The notes: generated from the letters alone by a model not told the origin. DNA of 64,000 nt from an uncultured delta proteobacterium (GCA_963823335.1 CAWGLD010000001.1:1312001-1376000); one strand, 5' to 3'; shown: positions 37,334 to 48,703, numbered from the stretch's first letter. Numbers and translations are program-made.

Positions 37334-39118
37334 TTACTCGAACAAACCGGCCAAAACCACCTTGACATCATCTTCATTAAAAAACTGCAAGACACGATTA
37401 TGCAGAGGGATTGCAGAGATCAGAACCCTTGAACCCTTTGTTTTTGTAATCAGGAATCCCTTAATTCTAATTTTCGTATTGAAATCAGCCGGTCTTTTTG
37501 CGGCATAAAATACGGGATCCCTGAGATAGGCATCGCCAATGGCATCGAGGATATGGGTGATAAGCGTGTTGATACTGTCGTCTTGCTTTATCTGAATGAC
37601 TTTGAGGCCTGTTTTCTGTATTTCTGCGATGGCATCGCCATAAAGATCACCAAAATCTATTAAAAATTCATTGCCGCTGTCTGTGGAAACCAGATTTGAA
37701 ACTGCCTGCACCTGAGTTCCGGCATAGGGAAAGGTAATCGTAATGTCCTTGGAGTATTGATTTCCCAGGGCTTCGATCAGTTCTTTGACAAAGGTTTTCC
37801 GGTGGATAGGCGTCAGGGTGACCACGTCAGGCAGGACAAAAGGCGTCGATGAGGCGGTACTGGTTTCAGGTTCATGGACCCCGACCTCGCTTTCCAGGAT
37901 ATCTTTTATGACGATATGATGCTGATCCAGGTACCGCACCATGGCATCAGAGGTTTTTTGAGCGGTATTTTCTATCAATGAAATGCAGGTATGGCGGGTG
38001 ATACCATCTTCGTCGGCCGGGCTGAGTTTTATCCATTTGGCTGTCACCACGACACGCATGCCATTATCTGAAAAGGATATATCGGTCTGGGTGATCTCTT
38101 TTGTGGTGTCCTGAAAGACAGCAGCTAAAATGGTGTCAACGGGGGTATCTTTTTCGATTTCGATGATATTGACATCCTCCCACAGGGACCGAAGCAGGCT
38201 CAGATCGGCTGTTGAGGCGTCGGTTTTGTTTACAAAAACGATTCGCGAGCCCTCCTTCAGTTCGATAACCGGAAATCGGGACAAGTCCAACGCAAAGTCT
38301 TCTTTTCCTTTTGCCGGGAAAAAATAGGTTCCCTTGTTCAACAGTTTGCCGTTCAGTATCGCAGCGGTTTCGGATATGGGATCACCGGTAGCTTTCTCTA
38401 TACTGCTTGTGGTCTCAGGCCTCAAGACAGGGGTTTTCAGGGATGTTCCCATCAGCTCGTCTTTAATCTGCCCGGCTTTGTCAAACAATGACTGATACCA
38501 GGCCTGATTTCGAAGGGTGACATCGGGTAGTTTTATTTCCTGACCAATATAAATGAAGTTGATATTGTCCACCTGAGGGTTGATGGTTTTGAATAGTTGA
38601 AGCCCCTCTTGGTAGGACTTGGTGCCATAGGTTCCAAATCTGTCTGCTATCAGTTCTGAAATCGTATTCCCTTTTTTGACTTCATAGGGATTGGCATAGG
38701 AACCGAGAAGCTCGGACAACTTGGATATGGTGACAAACGGAATTGATACCACCCCCGAGGATTGATTTGGGAAAGTGCCGGGCTCAATTTTTTTTAGAGG
38801 AATGATAATATTCTGATTGGGTCTTATGCGGTCGATATTACGAATGTGCGGGTTGAGTCGTTTGAAAATATGGACAAATTCAATAAAATCCTTGGCGGAA
38901 AGTTCTCCTTTTTGTCGAAAGATCTTATAAACCCAGTCGTTATTCTGGACCACGTAGGGCTCACAAAGAATATCCCAGCCACGATCGTACTTGATTAGAT
39001 AACTTTTGTACAACACGGCGCCACTGGATGGTGTCACGGTGATGCAAAGCAGCCATAGCAACAGGGTACCCAGAAAGGAGACGACACTTTTTAAAAAAGA
39101 ATCTTTAAGGTGTTTCAT
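37334..39118 (-). CDS. LysM domain-containing exported protein
   Basis: Two LysM-like segments (YVVQNNDWVYKI...LNPHIRNIDRIRPNQNIIIP; YEVKKGNTISEL...INPQVDNINFIYIGQEIKLP). Confidence 0.75.
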   Translation of the reverse strand: MKHLKDSFLKSVVSFLGTLLLWLLCITVTPSSGAVLYKSYLIKYDRGWDILCEPYVVQNNDWVYKIFRQKGELSAKDFIEFVHIFKRLNPHIRNIDRIRPNQNIIIPLKKIEPGTFPNQSSGVVSIPFVTISKLSELLGSYANPYEVKKGNTISELIADRFGTYGTKSYQEGLQLFKTINPQVDNINFIYIGQEIKLPDVTLRNQAWYQSLFDKAGQIKDELMGTSLKTPVLRPETTSSIEKATGDPISETAAILNGKLLNKGTYFFPAKGKEDFALDLSRFPVIELKEGSRIVFVNKTDASTADLSLLRSLWEDVNIIEIEKDTPVDTILAAVFQDTTKEITQTDISFSDNGMRVVVTAKWIKLSPADEDGITRHTCISLIENTAQKTSDAMVRYLDQHHIVIKDILESEVGVHEPETSTASSTPFVLPDVVTLTPIHRKTFVKELIEALGNQYSKDITITFPYAGTQVQAVSNLVSTDSGNEFLIDFGDLYGDAIAEIQKTGLKVIQIKQDDSINTLITHILDAIGDAYLRDPVFYAAKRPADFNTKIRIKGFLITKTKGSRVLISAIPLHNRVLQFFNEDDVKVVLAGLFE

Positions 39119-40619
39119 CGATTTTCCTGAGTGATAGTAGCGATGCAATTTCATCCGAGATACGTTTGACATAGAGTTTCAGCGCCTTTTGACTCAACGG
39201 CTGACCCGGACCCGGAACATCCTTAAGGTCCTGGGGGTGTAGGTAAATCGGCGCATTGACAAGCTCCGGGACGGGTTTTATCCCGAATTCTGCAGGAAAA
39301 CTGTCGTTAAAATACATTTCCTGAAAACCGGAGAATTTCAATGCATGGGCTGTAGAGTCGACGATTGCCACATCATCCGGGCTGACGAACTGTTTTTTGA
39401 TGGCCCTGACAAGACCGGCAAGGGATTCACCGCCATGGGTGCAGGCAATGTGACCATTTCTGTTGGCCAGGAGTTCCCAGTCCATGATTGACTGTTCGTC
39501 CACTTCGACAAAAAATACGTTTTGTCGACCGCTCAGCGTATTGTATCGATTCACCAAATGGATCACGCGCGGCATGGAGACAGGATTGCCGATCATGGCC
39601 GCCTGGGCCACGCTCGGGGTGACATGGACGGGTTTGAAGTTACGTTTGTGTTCATCCGGTTCCAGATAGTAACGGAAAACAGGGTTGGCGTGCTCGGACT
39701 GAACCCCCACAATTTTAGGGAGATCCGTGATGACACCTGTCTGGTAAAATTTGATAAACCCGCTTAAGACAGCCGTGATGTTGCCTGCGTTGCCTATGGG
39801 CAGCACGATGACTTTTTTTCGCAGATCATAATCAAACTCCTGCGAAATTTCATAGGAATACGATTCCTGGCCCAAGATCCTCCAGGCATTTTTTGAATTT
39901 AGCAGGGCCACATGGTATTGTTCCGACAAGGCCTCGACCACCTTCATGCAGTCATCAAATACACCGGGGATTTCAAAAACAGTCGCACCACTACCCAACG
40001 GCTGCGACAGTTGCTGGGGTGTCACTTTTTTGTGCGGTAAAAGAACTGCCGACTTAATCTGTGGCTGGAGATATGCGGCATAAAGTGCGGCAGCTGCGGA
40101 CGTGTCACCGGTTGATGCACAAATAGCCAGCACGTCAGAAACGAATCCCTGCTGAACCAGGAAATGGATATAGCTCAAAGCGCTTGCCATGCCACGGTCT
40201 TTAAAAGAGGCACTGGGGTTTTGTCCATCGTTCTTGAAATAGAACTTGATTCCCACTTTTTGTGATAAGGCAGAATTGGCTTCCACCAGGGGGGTATGCC
40301 CTTCACCGAGATAGACAACGGAATCCAGGGGGATGGCAGATCCCAGAAATTCATGGTACCGGTAGATGCCTTTCAGTGCAGGGATATTCAGCATTCGACG
40401 ATAATCAAAGATTTTATGCCACATCTTACCGGGGATGGATTTCAATCGTTCGAAGGCTTTGTCAAAAAGAAGGAGAACGTGCCCGCATTGGGGACAGGTA
40501 TAGAGCAGTTTCTCGATCGGGTGTTCATTACCGCATCCCAGACATCGATATCGAAGGTCTCCCGCCAATTTCGGGATCAGGAACGGTTGAATATCATTGG
40601 GGAAATCATTAATTATCAT
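39105..40619 (-). CDS. thrC: Threonine synthase
   Basis: [19 protein letters not shown] (PLP Lys), [17 protein letters not shown]. Confidence 0.92.
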   Translation of the reverse strand: MIINDFPNDIQPFLIPKLAGDLRYRCLGCGNEHPIEKLLYTCPQCGHVLLLFDKAFERLKSIPGKMWHKIFDYRRMLNIPALKGIYRYHEFLGSAIPLDSVVYLGEGHTPLVEANSALSQKVGIKFYFKNDGQNPSASFKDRGMASALSYIHFLVQQGFVSDVLAICASTGDTSAAAALYAAYLQPQIKSAVLLPHKKVTPQQLSQPLGSGATVFEIPGVFDDCMKVVEALSEQYHVALLNSKNAWRILGQESYSYEISQEFDYDLRKKVIVLPIGNAGNITAVLSGFIKFYQTGVITDLPKIVGVQSEHANPVFRYYLEPDEHKRNFKPVHVTPSVAQAAMIGNPVSMPRVIHLVNRYNTLSGRQNVFFVEVDEQSIMDWELLANRNGHIACTHGGESLAGLVRAIKKQFVSPDDVAIVDSTAHALKFSGFQEMYFNDSFPAEFGIKPVPELVNAPIYLHPQDLKDVPGPGQPLSQKALKLYVKRISDEIASLLSLRKIDETP

Positions 40620-41890
40620 GGTTCAATTATTTTCAGGTTGCCCATATACGGTTGAAGTGCTTTTGGAATGAGAATCGTCCCATCGGCCTGCTGACAGTTT
40701 TCCAAGATGGCTGCGACGGTTCGACCGACGGCCAATCCCGAACCATTGAGGGTGTGAACCAGCTCGGTACCTTTTTTCCCTTTTCTGCGAAAACGGATAT
40801 TGGCCCGTCTGGACTGAAAGTCTTCAAAATTGCTGCAGGATGAAATTTCCCGATATGTATTCTGAGAGGGCAGCCAGACTTCGATATCATATGTTTTTGC
40901 AGATGAAAAACCGAGATCACCCGTACAGAGGGTTATAACTTGATAGGGTAGCTCGAGGGTACGCAGGATTTTTTCTGCATCATGCAACAGGCTTTCAAGC
41001 TCGGTATAGGAATTTTCAGGCGCCGTAAATTTGACCAGCTCGACTTTGTTGAACTGGTGCTGACGAATGAGTCCTCGTGTGTCTTTGCCATAGGAGCCTG
41101 CTTCTGAACGGAAACAGGGTGTATGCGCTGCGTACAGGATCGGCAGGGCCGATTCGTCCAGGATTTCCCCTTGGTGGATATTTGTTAGCGGGACTTCGGC
41201 GGTGGGCACAAGGTAAAATGGCCACCCTTCAATTTTAAACAGGTCTTCCTTGAATTTGGGTAACTGGCCGGTATTGGTCATACTGGTTGCGTTGACGATG
41301 AAAGGCGGCAGGACTTCTTTGTATCCGTGTTCATGGGTATGGATGTCGAGCATAAAATTGATCAGTGCCCTTTCAAGTCTTGCTCCGGCACCATAGCAGA
41401 GGGGAAAACGGGTTCCGGTTATCTTGGTTGCCCGATCCAGGTCGAGGATACCCAGCTGTTCACCGAGTGTCCAGTGGGGTTTGGGTTCGAATTGAAAATC
41501 CGGAGGTTTGCCCACCGTCTTGATGATCGGGTTATCGGAGCTGTCGTTTCCCAGGGGTACAGATACATGCGGCAGGTTGGGGATCTGCATCAAGATTTCC
41601 CGCATTTGTTCCTCATTTTCTGACAAAGGTATTTCCAGCTCTTTTATTCTTTTTGCAACATCCCTCATGTCAGCTACCAGTGCATCTGCATTTTGGCCTG
41701 TTTTTTTCATTTCGGCAATCTGGTCTGACACAACATTGCGCCGATGCCTTAAGTCCTCAATTTCAAAAAGAATTTCCCTTCTTCTGTCGTCAGCTGCCCT
41801 GAATTGTGATAGATCTGCCATACTGCAACGATTTGACAACATCTTCTGGATATCATCCAGGTGATCTCTTATGAATTTAATTTCCAGCAT
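40616..41890 (-). CDS. serS: Serine--tRNA ligase
   Basis: [49 protein letters not shown]. Confidence 0.97.
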   Translation of the reverse strand: MLEIKFIRDHLDDIQKMLSNRCSMADLSQFRAADDRRREILFEIEDLRHRRNVVSDQIAEMKKTGQNADALVADMRDVAKRIKELEIPLSENEEQMREILMQIPNLPHVSVPLGNDSSDNPIIKTVGKPPDFQFEPKPHWTLGEQLGILDLDRATKITGTRFPLCYGAGARLERALINFMLDIHTHEHGYKEVLPPFIVNATSMTNTGQLPKFKEDLFKIEGWPFYLVPTAEVPLTNIHQGEILDESALPILYAAHTPCFRSEAGSYGKDTRGLIRQHQFNKVELVKFTAPENSYTELESLLHDAEKILRTLELPYQVITLCTGDLGFSSAKTYDIEVWLPSQNTYREISSCSNFEDFQSRRANIRFRRKGKKGTELVHTLNGSGLAVGRTVAAILENCQQADGTILIPKALQPYMGNLKIIEP

Positions 41891-42053
41891 AGCAATCTCA
41901 TCTTGGGTCGTGTTGAGCCATATCGGATTTTATTATCTTGATGGGTATCGTGATTTGAAACGAATCAGAAAGATATTTTCTGGGTTGTTTTTGGCTTTCA
42001 AATTACCCGTCCGTCTAACATGCCCATCCAATTTAGTCAATGATTATTGAAAG

Positions 42054-42083
42054 TTGACTTTTCTCCAATTATTTATTATATTA
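42054..42083 (+). promoter_or_regulatory. Sigma-70 promoter
   Basis: TTGACT-18 nt-TATATT. Confidence 0.45.
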
Positions 42084-42138
42084 CTTTGCTCATATAAATA
42101 CTGTGTACAAATTTTAATTTCGGTTCCCGGAGAATACC

Positions 42139-42726
42139 ATGGAAGAAGTCCAAGAATCAAAAAGTGATATCCGCAATCGCGTTGTAGCGGCCATTCAGGC
42201 CCTTTCTGAGGAGGAATTGACGGCAAAGACGTCTCGAATTGAAAAACGACTCTTTGGATTTGCAAATTTTATGGAGGCAAATATATCCCTGCTTTACATG
42301 CCGCAAAAATTCGCGGTTGATACGAAAAGAATTATCCAGCGTTGCTTTGACTATCGTAAAATCGTTGCTCTGCCGGCATTTAATACGGAAAAACACGCTA
42401 TGCGACCTTTCAAAGTGGATGCGTTTGAGACAGACATGATCCTTGGGCCGCGAAATATCATGGAGCCTGACCCGGAACGGTGTAAAATCATACCCCTAGA
42501 GAGAATCGACATCGCGATTATCCCTGGGGTAGCACTGGATGAAAAAGGGGGCAGGATCGGTTCCGGCGAAGGCTATTACGACAGACTCATCGGGAAATTG
42601 CCTATAACGACCCGAAAAGTTGCCCTGTCCCTGGAATGCCAGGTTGTCCAGCAGGTTCCCATGGAATCACATGACAAATACATGGATATCATCATCACGG
42701 AAGATCGCGTTATCTATAAAATATAG
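42139..42726 (+). CDS. 5-formyltetrahydrofolate cyclo-ligase
   Basis: IDIAIIPGVALDEKGGRIGSGEGYYDR, HDKYMDIIITE. Confidence 0.92.
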   Translation: MEEVQESKSDIRNRVVAAIQALSEEELTAKTSRIEKRLFGFANFMEANISLLYMPQKFAVDTKRIIQRCFDYRKIVALPAFNTEKHAMRPFKVDAFETDMILGPRNIMEPDPERCKIIPLERIDIAIIPGVALDEKGGRIGSGEGYYDRLIGKLPITTRKVALSLECQVVQQVPMESHDKYMDIIITEDRVIYKI

Positions 42727-42744
42727 CCCGCAAAACCGGAGTCT

Positions 42745-42784
42745 CCTAACAGCAACGGAGAATGCGCTCACTGTTGCAGTTTAA
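42745..42784 (+). mobile_element. Degenerate right-end remnant of the palindromic element (copy 3)
   Basis: CAGCAACGGAGAATGCGCTCACTGTTGCAGTTTAA aligns with GGAATGCGCTCGCTTTTTCGGTTCAA. Confidence 0.45.
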
Positions 42785-43782
42785 CAAGGATTCAGTACCT
42801 TTTCAAGATTCTGCAGATTTTCGCTTTCCCCCACTGCAATGACAGTGTCACCGGATGAAATCCTGGCTTCAAACGAAGGATTGAAGATCATACTGCCATT
42901 CGGTTTCTTGATGGCAATAATGATCAGGTTGAAATTCTGGCGTATTCCCGAGTCCTTTAGCATGACATCATGCAAGGAAGAGCAGGGATTGATGGGTATT
43001 TCTTCCATTTGAATATCGGTGCGTTTAGAACCGAACGCAAGATCCAGAAATGTCGTAACAGTGGGGCGCGTGATGCGCTGGGCCATTCGTGTGGCACCCA
43101 TTTCGTAAGGGGATTCAACGATGTCGGCTCCGGCGGCACGAAGTTTTTTTGATACATCCATATCGGAGGCCCGGGCGGTAATCAAAAGCTTCGGGGCGAG
43201 CTGTCTGGCTGTCAATACCAGGAAAACGTTTTCAGCATCCGTGCCCAATGCGGCCACCAGACCCTTGGCACGCTGGATACCGGCTTGAAGTAACAGAGAC
43301 TCATCAGACGCATCCCCGCAAAGATAGAGTATCTGGTCTGTATTCATTTCGGGAACAAGTTTTTCGTTGCTCTCTATTACCACCAGATCGATGGGGGAGC
43401 TTTTCAATGTTTCACAGAGAACCCTGCCGATTCGTCCGTATCCGCATATAATGTAGTGGTCTTTTAAATGAGTGATTTTTCTATCCAATTTTCTCCTCCC
43501 CAGCACGGCTCTAATATTTCCCTCAACCATGAACTGTATGACGCTACCTGCCACATACATAAAAAAGCCAACCCCCAGAAAGATTAAAAAAATAGTGTAC
43601 AAGCGTCCGGCTTCACTAACGGTGTGAACTTCCCCATAACCAACGGTAGAATAGGTAATAACGGTCATGTAAAAAGCATCCAAAGCGCTCCACCCTTCGA
43701 TCAGCATGTATCCGATGGTGCCGACGGCTAAAATGACGAGGGAAAAAAAGATCGCCATAACGATATGTTTCGTGCTATCCAT
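42781..43782 (-). CDS. Potassium channel protein with RCK domains (paralog of 14087-15109)
   Basis: STVGYG filter, HYIICGYGRIG, GDASD. Confidence 0.92.
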   Translation of the reverse strand: MDSTKHIVMAIFFSLVILAVGTIGYMLIEGWSALDAFYMTVITYSTVGYGEVHTVSEAGRLYTIFLIFLGVGFFMYVAGSVIQFMVEGNIRAVLGRRKLDRKITHLKDHYIICGYGRIGRVLCETLKSSPIDLVVIESNEKLVPEMNTDQILYLCGDASDESLLLQAGIQRAKGLVAALGTDAENVFLVLTARQLAPKLLITARASDMDVSKKLRAAGADIVESPYEMGATRMAQRITRPTVTTFLDLAFGSKRTDIQMEEIPINPCSSLHDVMLKDSGIRQNFNLIIIAIKKPNGSMIFNPSFEARISSGDTVIAVGESENLQNLEKVLNPC

Positions 43783-43995
43783 ACATCCTCTCGATTCAAT
43801 GGTTGAGATGGGTTATTGTGGACAAGTTTTATATAAAATTCAAGTGGTTTTTCTATGTGGAATGTTTTTTTGAAGACCACGGGGAATGCGCCCTTTGTTG
43901 CGGTTCATTCGGAAAACGAAGTTAAATTGACAGGACCCGGCAATTCAGCGGCTGGCATATTGACGGAAAATTTTTGTTCTGATAGAAATCTGCCC

Positions 43996-44652
43996 ATGAA
44001 AAATGAATCGAGAAAATATAAGCGTTTACGGCAGGACATGGTGGACAAGCAGGTTGAAGCACGCGGTATTCACGATCCGAATGTACTGCTCGCCATGGCC
44101 AGAGTCCCTAGGCACCTCTTTGTCAGTGAAGCGTTAATGGACCAGGCCTATGGTGATTTCCCGTTGCCTATAGGAGCCCAGCAGACCATCTCACAACCTT
44201 TTATGGTAGCTGAAATGACCCAGGCACTTCAACTGACGCACGAGGACAGGGTGTTGGAAATTGGCACCGGTTCCGGCTATCAGGCGGCAGTTTTAGCCGA
44301 AATTGTGTTTCGGGTCTATACCATCGAAAGACTCCATTCACTATTTATCAACACCCGTCGTCTTTTTGATTCATTGCACTACTATAATATTGTCACACGA
44401 TATTCCGATGGAACAACCGGGTGGAAAGATGAAAGTCCTTTTGATGCGATCATCGTGACAGCCGGGGCCCCAAACGTACCGAGCACACTTATAGAGCAGC
44501 TTGCATTCGGGGGCCGGATGGTCGTTCCAGTGGGAGACCGTCAATCACAGGAGTTAATCAAGATAACCAAAGACGAGAAGGGTGTGCACCAGACAAACCT
44601 CGGTGGATGCAGATTTGTCAGACTTGTCGGCGAGTACGGATGGAAAGTATAG
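43996..44652 (+). CDS. pcm: Protein-L-isoaspartate O-methyltransferase
   Basis: VPRHLFV, QTISQP, VLEIGTGSGYQAA, PFDAIIVTAG; start at MKNES. Confidence 0.95.
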   Translation: MKNESRKYKRLRQDMVDKQVEARGIHDPNVLLAMARVPRHLFVSEALMDQAYGDFPLPIGAQQTISQPFMVAEMTQALQLTHEDRVLEIGTGSGYQAAVLAEIVFRVYTIERLHSLFINTRRLFDSLHYYNIVTRYSDGTTGWKDESPFDAIIVTAGAPNVPSTLIEQLAFGGRMVVPVGDRQSQELIKITKDEKGVHQTNLGGCRFVRLVGEYGWKV

Positions 44653-44666
44653 CGGGATAGATCAGC

Positions 44667-45248
44667 ATGCTTAAAAAACTCTACGAATGGGTGCTGAAAT
44701 GGGCGGATACACCTTATGGCAGCTGGGCTCTGTTCATACTTGCTTTCAGTGAGTCATCGTTTTTCCCCATACCTCCGGATGTGCTTCTGATTGCTCTGGC
44801 GGTGGGTAAACCGAGAAAAGCATTGACGTTTGCCCTGATCTGCTCAATCGGGTCGGTTCTGGGTGGCATCGTGGGCTATTTGATCGGTTGGCAGTTCATG
44901 GCCGTGGTGGGCCATAAGATCATCGCCTTTTATGGGCTCACGGAAAAAGTTGCCACCATGGCGTCTCTTTACAATCAATATAATGCCTGGGCAGTCGGGA
45001 TTGCCGGATTCACACCGATTCCCTATAAGGTCTTCACCATATCGGCCGGTGCATTCAAGATCAATTTCCTCATATTTCTGTTTGCATCAGCTGTTTCGCG
45101 AGCAGCAAGATTTTTTCTGGTGGGAGGGCTTATCTTTGGATTCGGACCCCGAATCCAGGTATTTATTGACAAATATTTTAATATCCTGGTGATTGTCTTT
45201 ACCGTGTTGCTCATTGCCAGTTTCTTCCTGATCAAGGTTTTTTTCTGA
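44667..45248 (+). CDS. YqaA/DedA family membrane protein
   Basis: ESSFFPIPPDVLL, GFTPIPYKVFTI, SRAARFF. Confidence 0.9.
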   Translation: MLKKLYEWVLKWADTPYGSWALFILAFSESSFFPIPPDVLLIALAVGKPRKALTFALICSIGSVLGGIVGYLIGWQFMAVVGHKIIAFYGLTEKVATMASLYNQYNAWAVGIAGFTPIPYKVFTISAGAFKINFLIFLFASAVSRAARFFLVGGLIFGFGPRIQVFIDKYFNILVIVFTVLLIASFFLIKVFF

Positions 45249-45352
45249 TCAGATTTTCTTAGCTTAAATAGTTATTCGTTTTTCCTTGATAGTTGGAAAA
45301 AGAGCAAACATTTACAACTTCATTTTGTTGCTTTGCTTTTGTAGCGAAAGGC

Positions 45353-47530
45353 CTAACTGCATTTGGAGAAACCACACGCATGACAGTTCAGGCATCCTTC
45401 CTCGTGCGACAGCACGCTGCCACACTCCGGGCATCCGCCCATGAGCACGGAGCTTTCGGTCACTTCGGAGTTGGTCAAATTTTTCAAGACCCTTGCCATG
45501 GCGTCCGGGCAGGATAAAACCATCTTGCCATTCTGCCAGGCCGGGGACGGGCAGCGGATACCGGTGAGCTGTCGAATGATGGCATCCACGTTTACACCGG
45601 AGCGCAGCGCCAGCGATGCAAGCCGACCGGATGCCTCTATCTGAGATGACGCACATCCACCGGTTTTTCCCATCTGAGCAAATACTTCACACATCCCTTT
45701 GGAATCTGAATTGATGGTGACATAGAGTTTTCCGCACCCGGTCTGGATCCGCTCGGTCATGCCGTGCGTTCGCAAGGGTCTCGACCGCGGTGCGATAGTG
45801 GGTTTCTCCCTGGTGTCTTTCGAACCGGTCCCAATCGTCAGAACCTGTTTGTCCCGGCTGCCGTCCCGATAGATGGTGACCCCTTTGCATCCGAGTCTGT
45901 ATGCTGAAAGATAAATTTCTTGCACGTCTTTTTCGGTTGCGTGGGTGGGAAGATTGACCGTTTTCGAAACGGCGTTGTCCGTGTGTTTCTGAAAAGCAGC
46001 CTGAATTCTGACATGCCATTCCGGTGAAATATCATGAGATGTTTTAAACAATTTTTTAATATGTTTCGGGACCTCGTCGATTTCTGCCATGCTGCCTAAA
46101 GCGGCCATTGTGTCGATCAGGCTCTTGTTGAAAAACTTTTCGGCTTTGGCCACCTTTACAAACAACGGATGCACATCATACAGGGTTTCGCCATCCAGAA
46201 CACGGCGCGTTTGTATGATTGAAAAAACCGGCTCTATGCCGCTCGAGACACCGGCAATGATGCTGATGGTGCCGGTGGGTGCGATGGTGGTCGTGGCGGC
46301 ATTCCGCATATAGGGTGTGTCGGCGGTGTCGTAGATACTGCCGGGATAGTTTTTAAAATTTCCCCGCTTTTCAGCCAACAAGGCAGAGGCATTTTTAGAT
46401 TCCCGGGAGATAAATGCCATAAGGGATTCACCTTGTACGACAGCTTCTTCAGAGTCATAGGGAATTCCCAGCTTTAATAATAAATCGGCAAAACCCATGA
46501 CACCCAGCCCGATTTTTCGGTTGGCTTTGCTCATGGATTCGATTTGGGGCAGGGGATACCTGTTCATCTCGATGACGTTGTCCAGAAAGTGTACGGCATC
46601 ATGGACCGCTTTTTTCAGCCGCTTCATGTTGAGGCTGTTTTTTGTCACCATCCGTGAAAGATTGATAGATCCCAGGGTGCAGGATTCGTATGGCAGTAAT
46701 GGCTGCTCACCGCAGGGATTTGTCGCCTCGATGTCCCCTATATGTTTTGTCGGGTTGTGATCATTGATTTTATCGATAAAAATAATACCCGGTTCCCCGG
46801 TTTTCCAGGCGGAACGAACGATCATATCGAAAATTTTGCTTGCGGAAACACGCTGGACCGTCTTGTTGGTACGTGGGTTGATCAAGTCGAAATCGGACTT
46901 GGTTTCCAAAGCGTCCATGAATTGTTTTGTCAGGCCGACCGATATATTGAAATTGTTCAGGCGGGTCAAGTCATTCTTGGCTTCAATAAAGGCTTCAATA
47001 TCTGGATGATCGACGCGTAGAACGCCCATGTTGGCACCCCGTCGCGTACCACCCTGTTTGACGGTTTCTGTGGCGATATCGAATACGGTCATGAAAGAGA
47101 GCGGGCCACTCGAAATACCTGCCGTTGAAAGAACCACATCCTTGGCAGGTCTGATTTTCGAAAACGAAAAGCCTGTCCCACCACCACTTTTATGAATCAT
47201 GGCGGTGTGTTTGACGGTTTCAAAAATAGATTCCATGGAGTCTTCTATGGGAAGTACAAAACAGGCTGCCAGCTGTCCCAGGCGCCTGCCTGCGTTCATC
47301 ATGGTGGGGGAATTGGGCAAAAACCATAAGTTCGCAAGCAATTTTTGAAATTTTATTTCCGTATTTTGGACATCAGCATCCGGATCAAACAATCGGTCTG
47401 CTTCCGCCACACTCCTGGCGACCCGTTGGAACATGTTTTCAGGTGATTCAATGGCTTTACCACTAGTGTCCTTCTTGAGATAGCGCTTTTCCAAAACCAC
47501 CCGTGCATTTTTTGATAAGGCTATTTTCAT
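45353..47530 (-). CDS. nrdJ: Class II (adenosylcobalamin-dependent) ribonucleotide reductase with TSCPD domain
   Basis: PNSPTMMNAG, ACFVL, GGGTG, RRGANM, TNPCGEQ, TIAPTGTIS, KGVTIYRDGSR, SCPD, terminal CxxC zinc ribbon; no small-subunit gene adjacent. Confidence 0.92.
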   Translation of the reverse strand: MKIALSKNARVVLEKRYLKKDTSGKAIESPENMFQRVARSVAEADRLFDPDADVQNTEIKFQKLLANLWFLPNSPTMMNAGRRLGQLAACFVLPIEDSMESIFETVKHTAMIHKSGGGTGFSFSKIRPAKDVVLSTAGISSGPLSFMTVFDIATETVKQGGTRRGANMGVLRVDHPDIEAFIEAKNDLTRLNNFNISVGLTKQFMDALETKSDFDLINPRTNKTVQRVSASKIFDMIVRSAWKTGEPGIIFIDKINDHNPTKHIGDIEATNPCGEQPLLPYESCTLGSINLSRMVTKNSLNMKRLKKAVHDAVHFLDNVIEMNRYPLPQIESMSKANRKIGLGVMGFADLLLKLGIPYDSEEAVVQGESLMAFISRESKNASALLAEKRGNFKNYPGSIYDTADTPYMRNAATTTIAPTGTISIIAGVSSGIEPVFSIIQTRRVLDGETLYDVHPLFVKVAKAEKFFNKSLIDTMAALGSMAEIDEVPKHIKKLFKTSHDISPEWHVRIQAAFQKHTDNAVSKTVNLPTHATEKDVQEIYLSAYRLGCKGVTIYRDGSRDKQVLTIGTGSKDTREKPTIAPRSRPLRTHGMTERIQTGCGKLYVTINSDSKGMCEVFAQMGKTGGCASSQIEASGRLASLALRSGVNVDAIIRQLTGIRCPSPAWQNGKMVLSCPDAMARVLKNLTNSEVTESSVLMGGCPECGSVLSHEEGCLNCHACGFSKCS

Positions 47531-47540
47531 ATTATTTCCT

Positions 47541-48032
47541 TTAGGCAGTTTTTTCAGCATATTTAATTTTCAGTTTTTTGTTGACGATGGGTGGAACCAT
47601 GTCGTTGATGTCACCGCCGAACTGAGCGGCCTCCTTGATAATCGACGAACTCGTGAAAATCCAGCGCAGACCGGTCATCAGGAATACGGTTTGAATATCG
47701 CGTCTCAACCGCCGGTTCATCAAGGCCATCTGAAACTCGTATTCAAAATCGGAAACAGCCCGCATGCCCCGCAAGATGGCGTGGGCTTTTCGCTTATGAG
47801 CATAGTCCACTAGGAGTCCATCGAACACATCGAATTCGACGTTGGCAAATTTTTTCATGCTGATCTGCAACATTTCCATACGTTCTTCTACGGAAAAAAA
47901 GGATGTTTTTGATGGATTCAATAAAATAGCCACGATGATTTTATCGAAGATGGAAAGCCCTCTTTCAACGATATCGAGATGGCCGTTGGTAATTGGATCA
48001 AAAGAGCCCGGGTAGATTGCGATTTTTCTCAT
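47541..48032 (-). CDS. coaD: Phosphopantetheine adenylyltransferase
   Basis: YPGSFDPITNGHLD, RGMRAVSDFEYE, SSSIIKE. Confidence 0.96.
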   Translation of the reverse strand: MRKIAIYPGSFDPITNGHLDIVERGLSIFDKIIVAILLNPSKTSFFSVEERMEMLQISMKKFANVEFDVFDGLLVDYAHKRKAHAILRGMRAVSDFEYEFQMALMNRRLRRDIQTVFLMTGLRWIFTSSSIIKEAAQFGGDINDMVPPIVNKKLKIKYAEKTA

Positions 48033-48113
48033 TCGTTTTCAGCTCCCATTAAAAATAGCCATAATAACAAGTTGTTAAGCAATGCGTTGCCCTCGCCGGC
48101 ACGCGAAAAAAAT

Positions 48114-48668
48114 TTATAGCATATAACCCAAAAAAGAGACAAGGGTTTTTCCATACCTTCTCTGATCTAGGAGTCCAAAATCGGCTATCGGCAAGGGAAG
48201 CTCGTCGGCATCGCCATGTTCCAGAACAAGACATGCGCCCGGTGCCATGGCCCGGCTCTTTTTCAGATGTGTCATAGCCGGCAAAAACAAGCCTCTGTGA
48301 TAGGGCGGGTCCAGGAAGATAAGAGTATACTGGAGTTCATGAGACTGCAGACAATTAAGATCTCGCTCGATATTCCATGAAACAATCCGGGAACGCTCTT
48401 GGAGACAGCACGAGCGCAGGTTTTTTTCCAGTAGTGAAACAGCAGCGGGTGCCATGTCGATAAAGGTTGCCCTGTCGGCACCTCTGCTCAGCGCTTCTAT
48501 ACCCAGCGCACCGCTACCGGCAAACAGATCCAGAACAACTGCTCCTGAGACGCGATGAGACAGAATGTTGAATATGGCCTCTCTTGTTCGATCGGAGGTG
48601 GGGCGAATGCCTTTGCCTTCAAAGGGGTGGAGCTTTTTCCCTCTTAGGGCTCCGCTGATGATTCTCAC
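48114..48668 (-). CDS. rsmD: 16S rRNA m2G966 methyltransferase
   Basis: RIISG, RPTSDRTREAIFN, LDLFAGSGALGIEALSRGA, DPPY. Confidence 0.94.
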   Translation of the reverse strand: MRIISGALRGKKLHPFEGKGIRPTSDRTREAIFNILSHRVSGAVVLDLFAGSGALGIEALSRGADRATFIDMAPAAVSLLEKNLRSCCLQERSRIVSWNIERDLNCLQSHELQYTLIFLDPPYHRGLFLPAMTHLKKSRAMAPGACLVLEHGDADELPLPIADFGLLDQRRYGKTLVSFLGYML

Positions 48669-48703
48669 GGTTTTTCCTGTGGTGTTTGCGTGCTAATGAG
48701 ATG

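Noticed and set aside
41891-42138. 6S RNA upstream of the 5-formyl-THF cyclo-ligase gene
   Set aside because: Region is AT-rich and promoter-like, with no long rod-shaped pairing visible
45353-47530. Intein or intron in nrdJ
   Set aside because: Length and motif spacing are normal; no splice motifs or homing endonuclease seen
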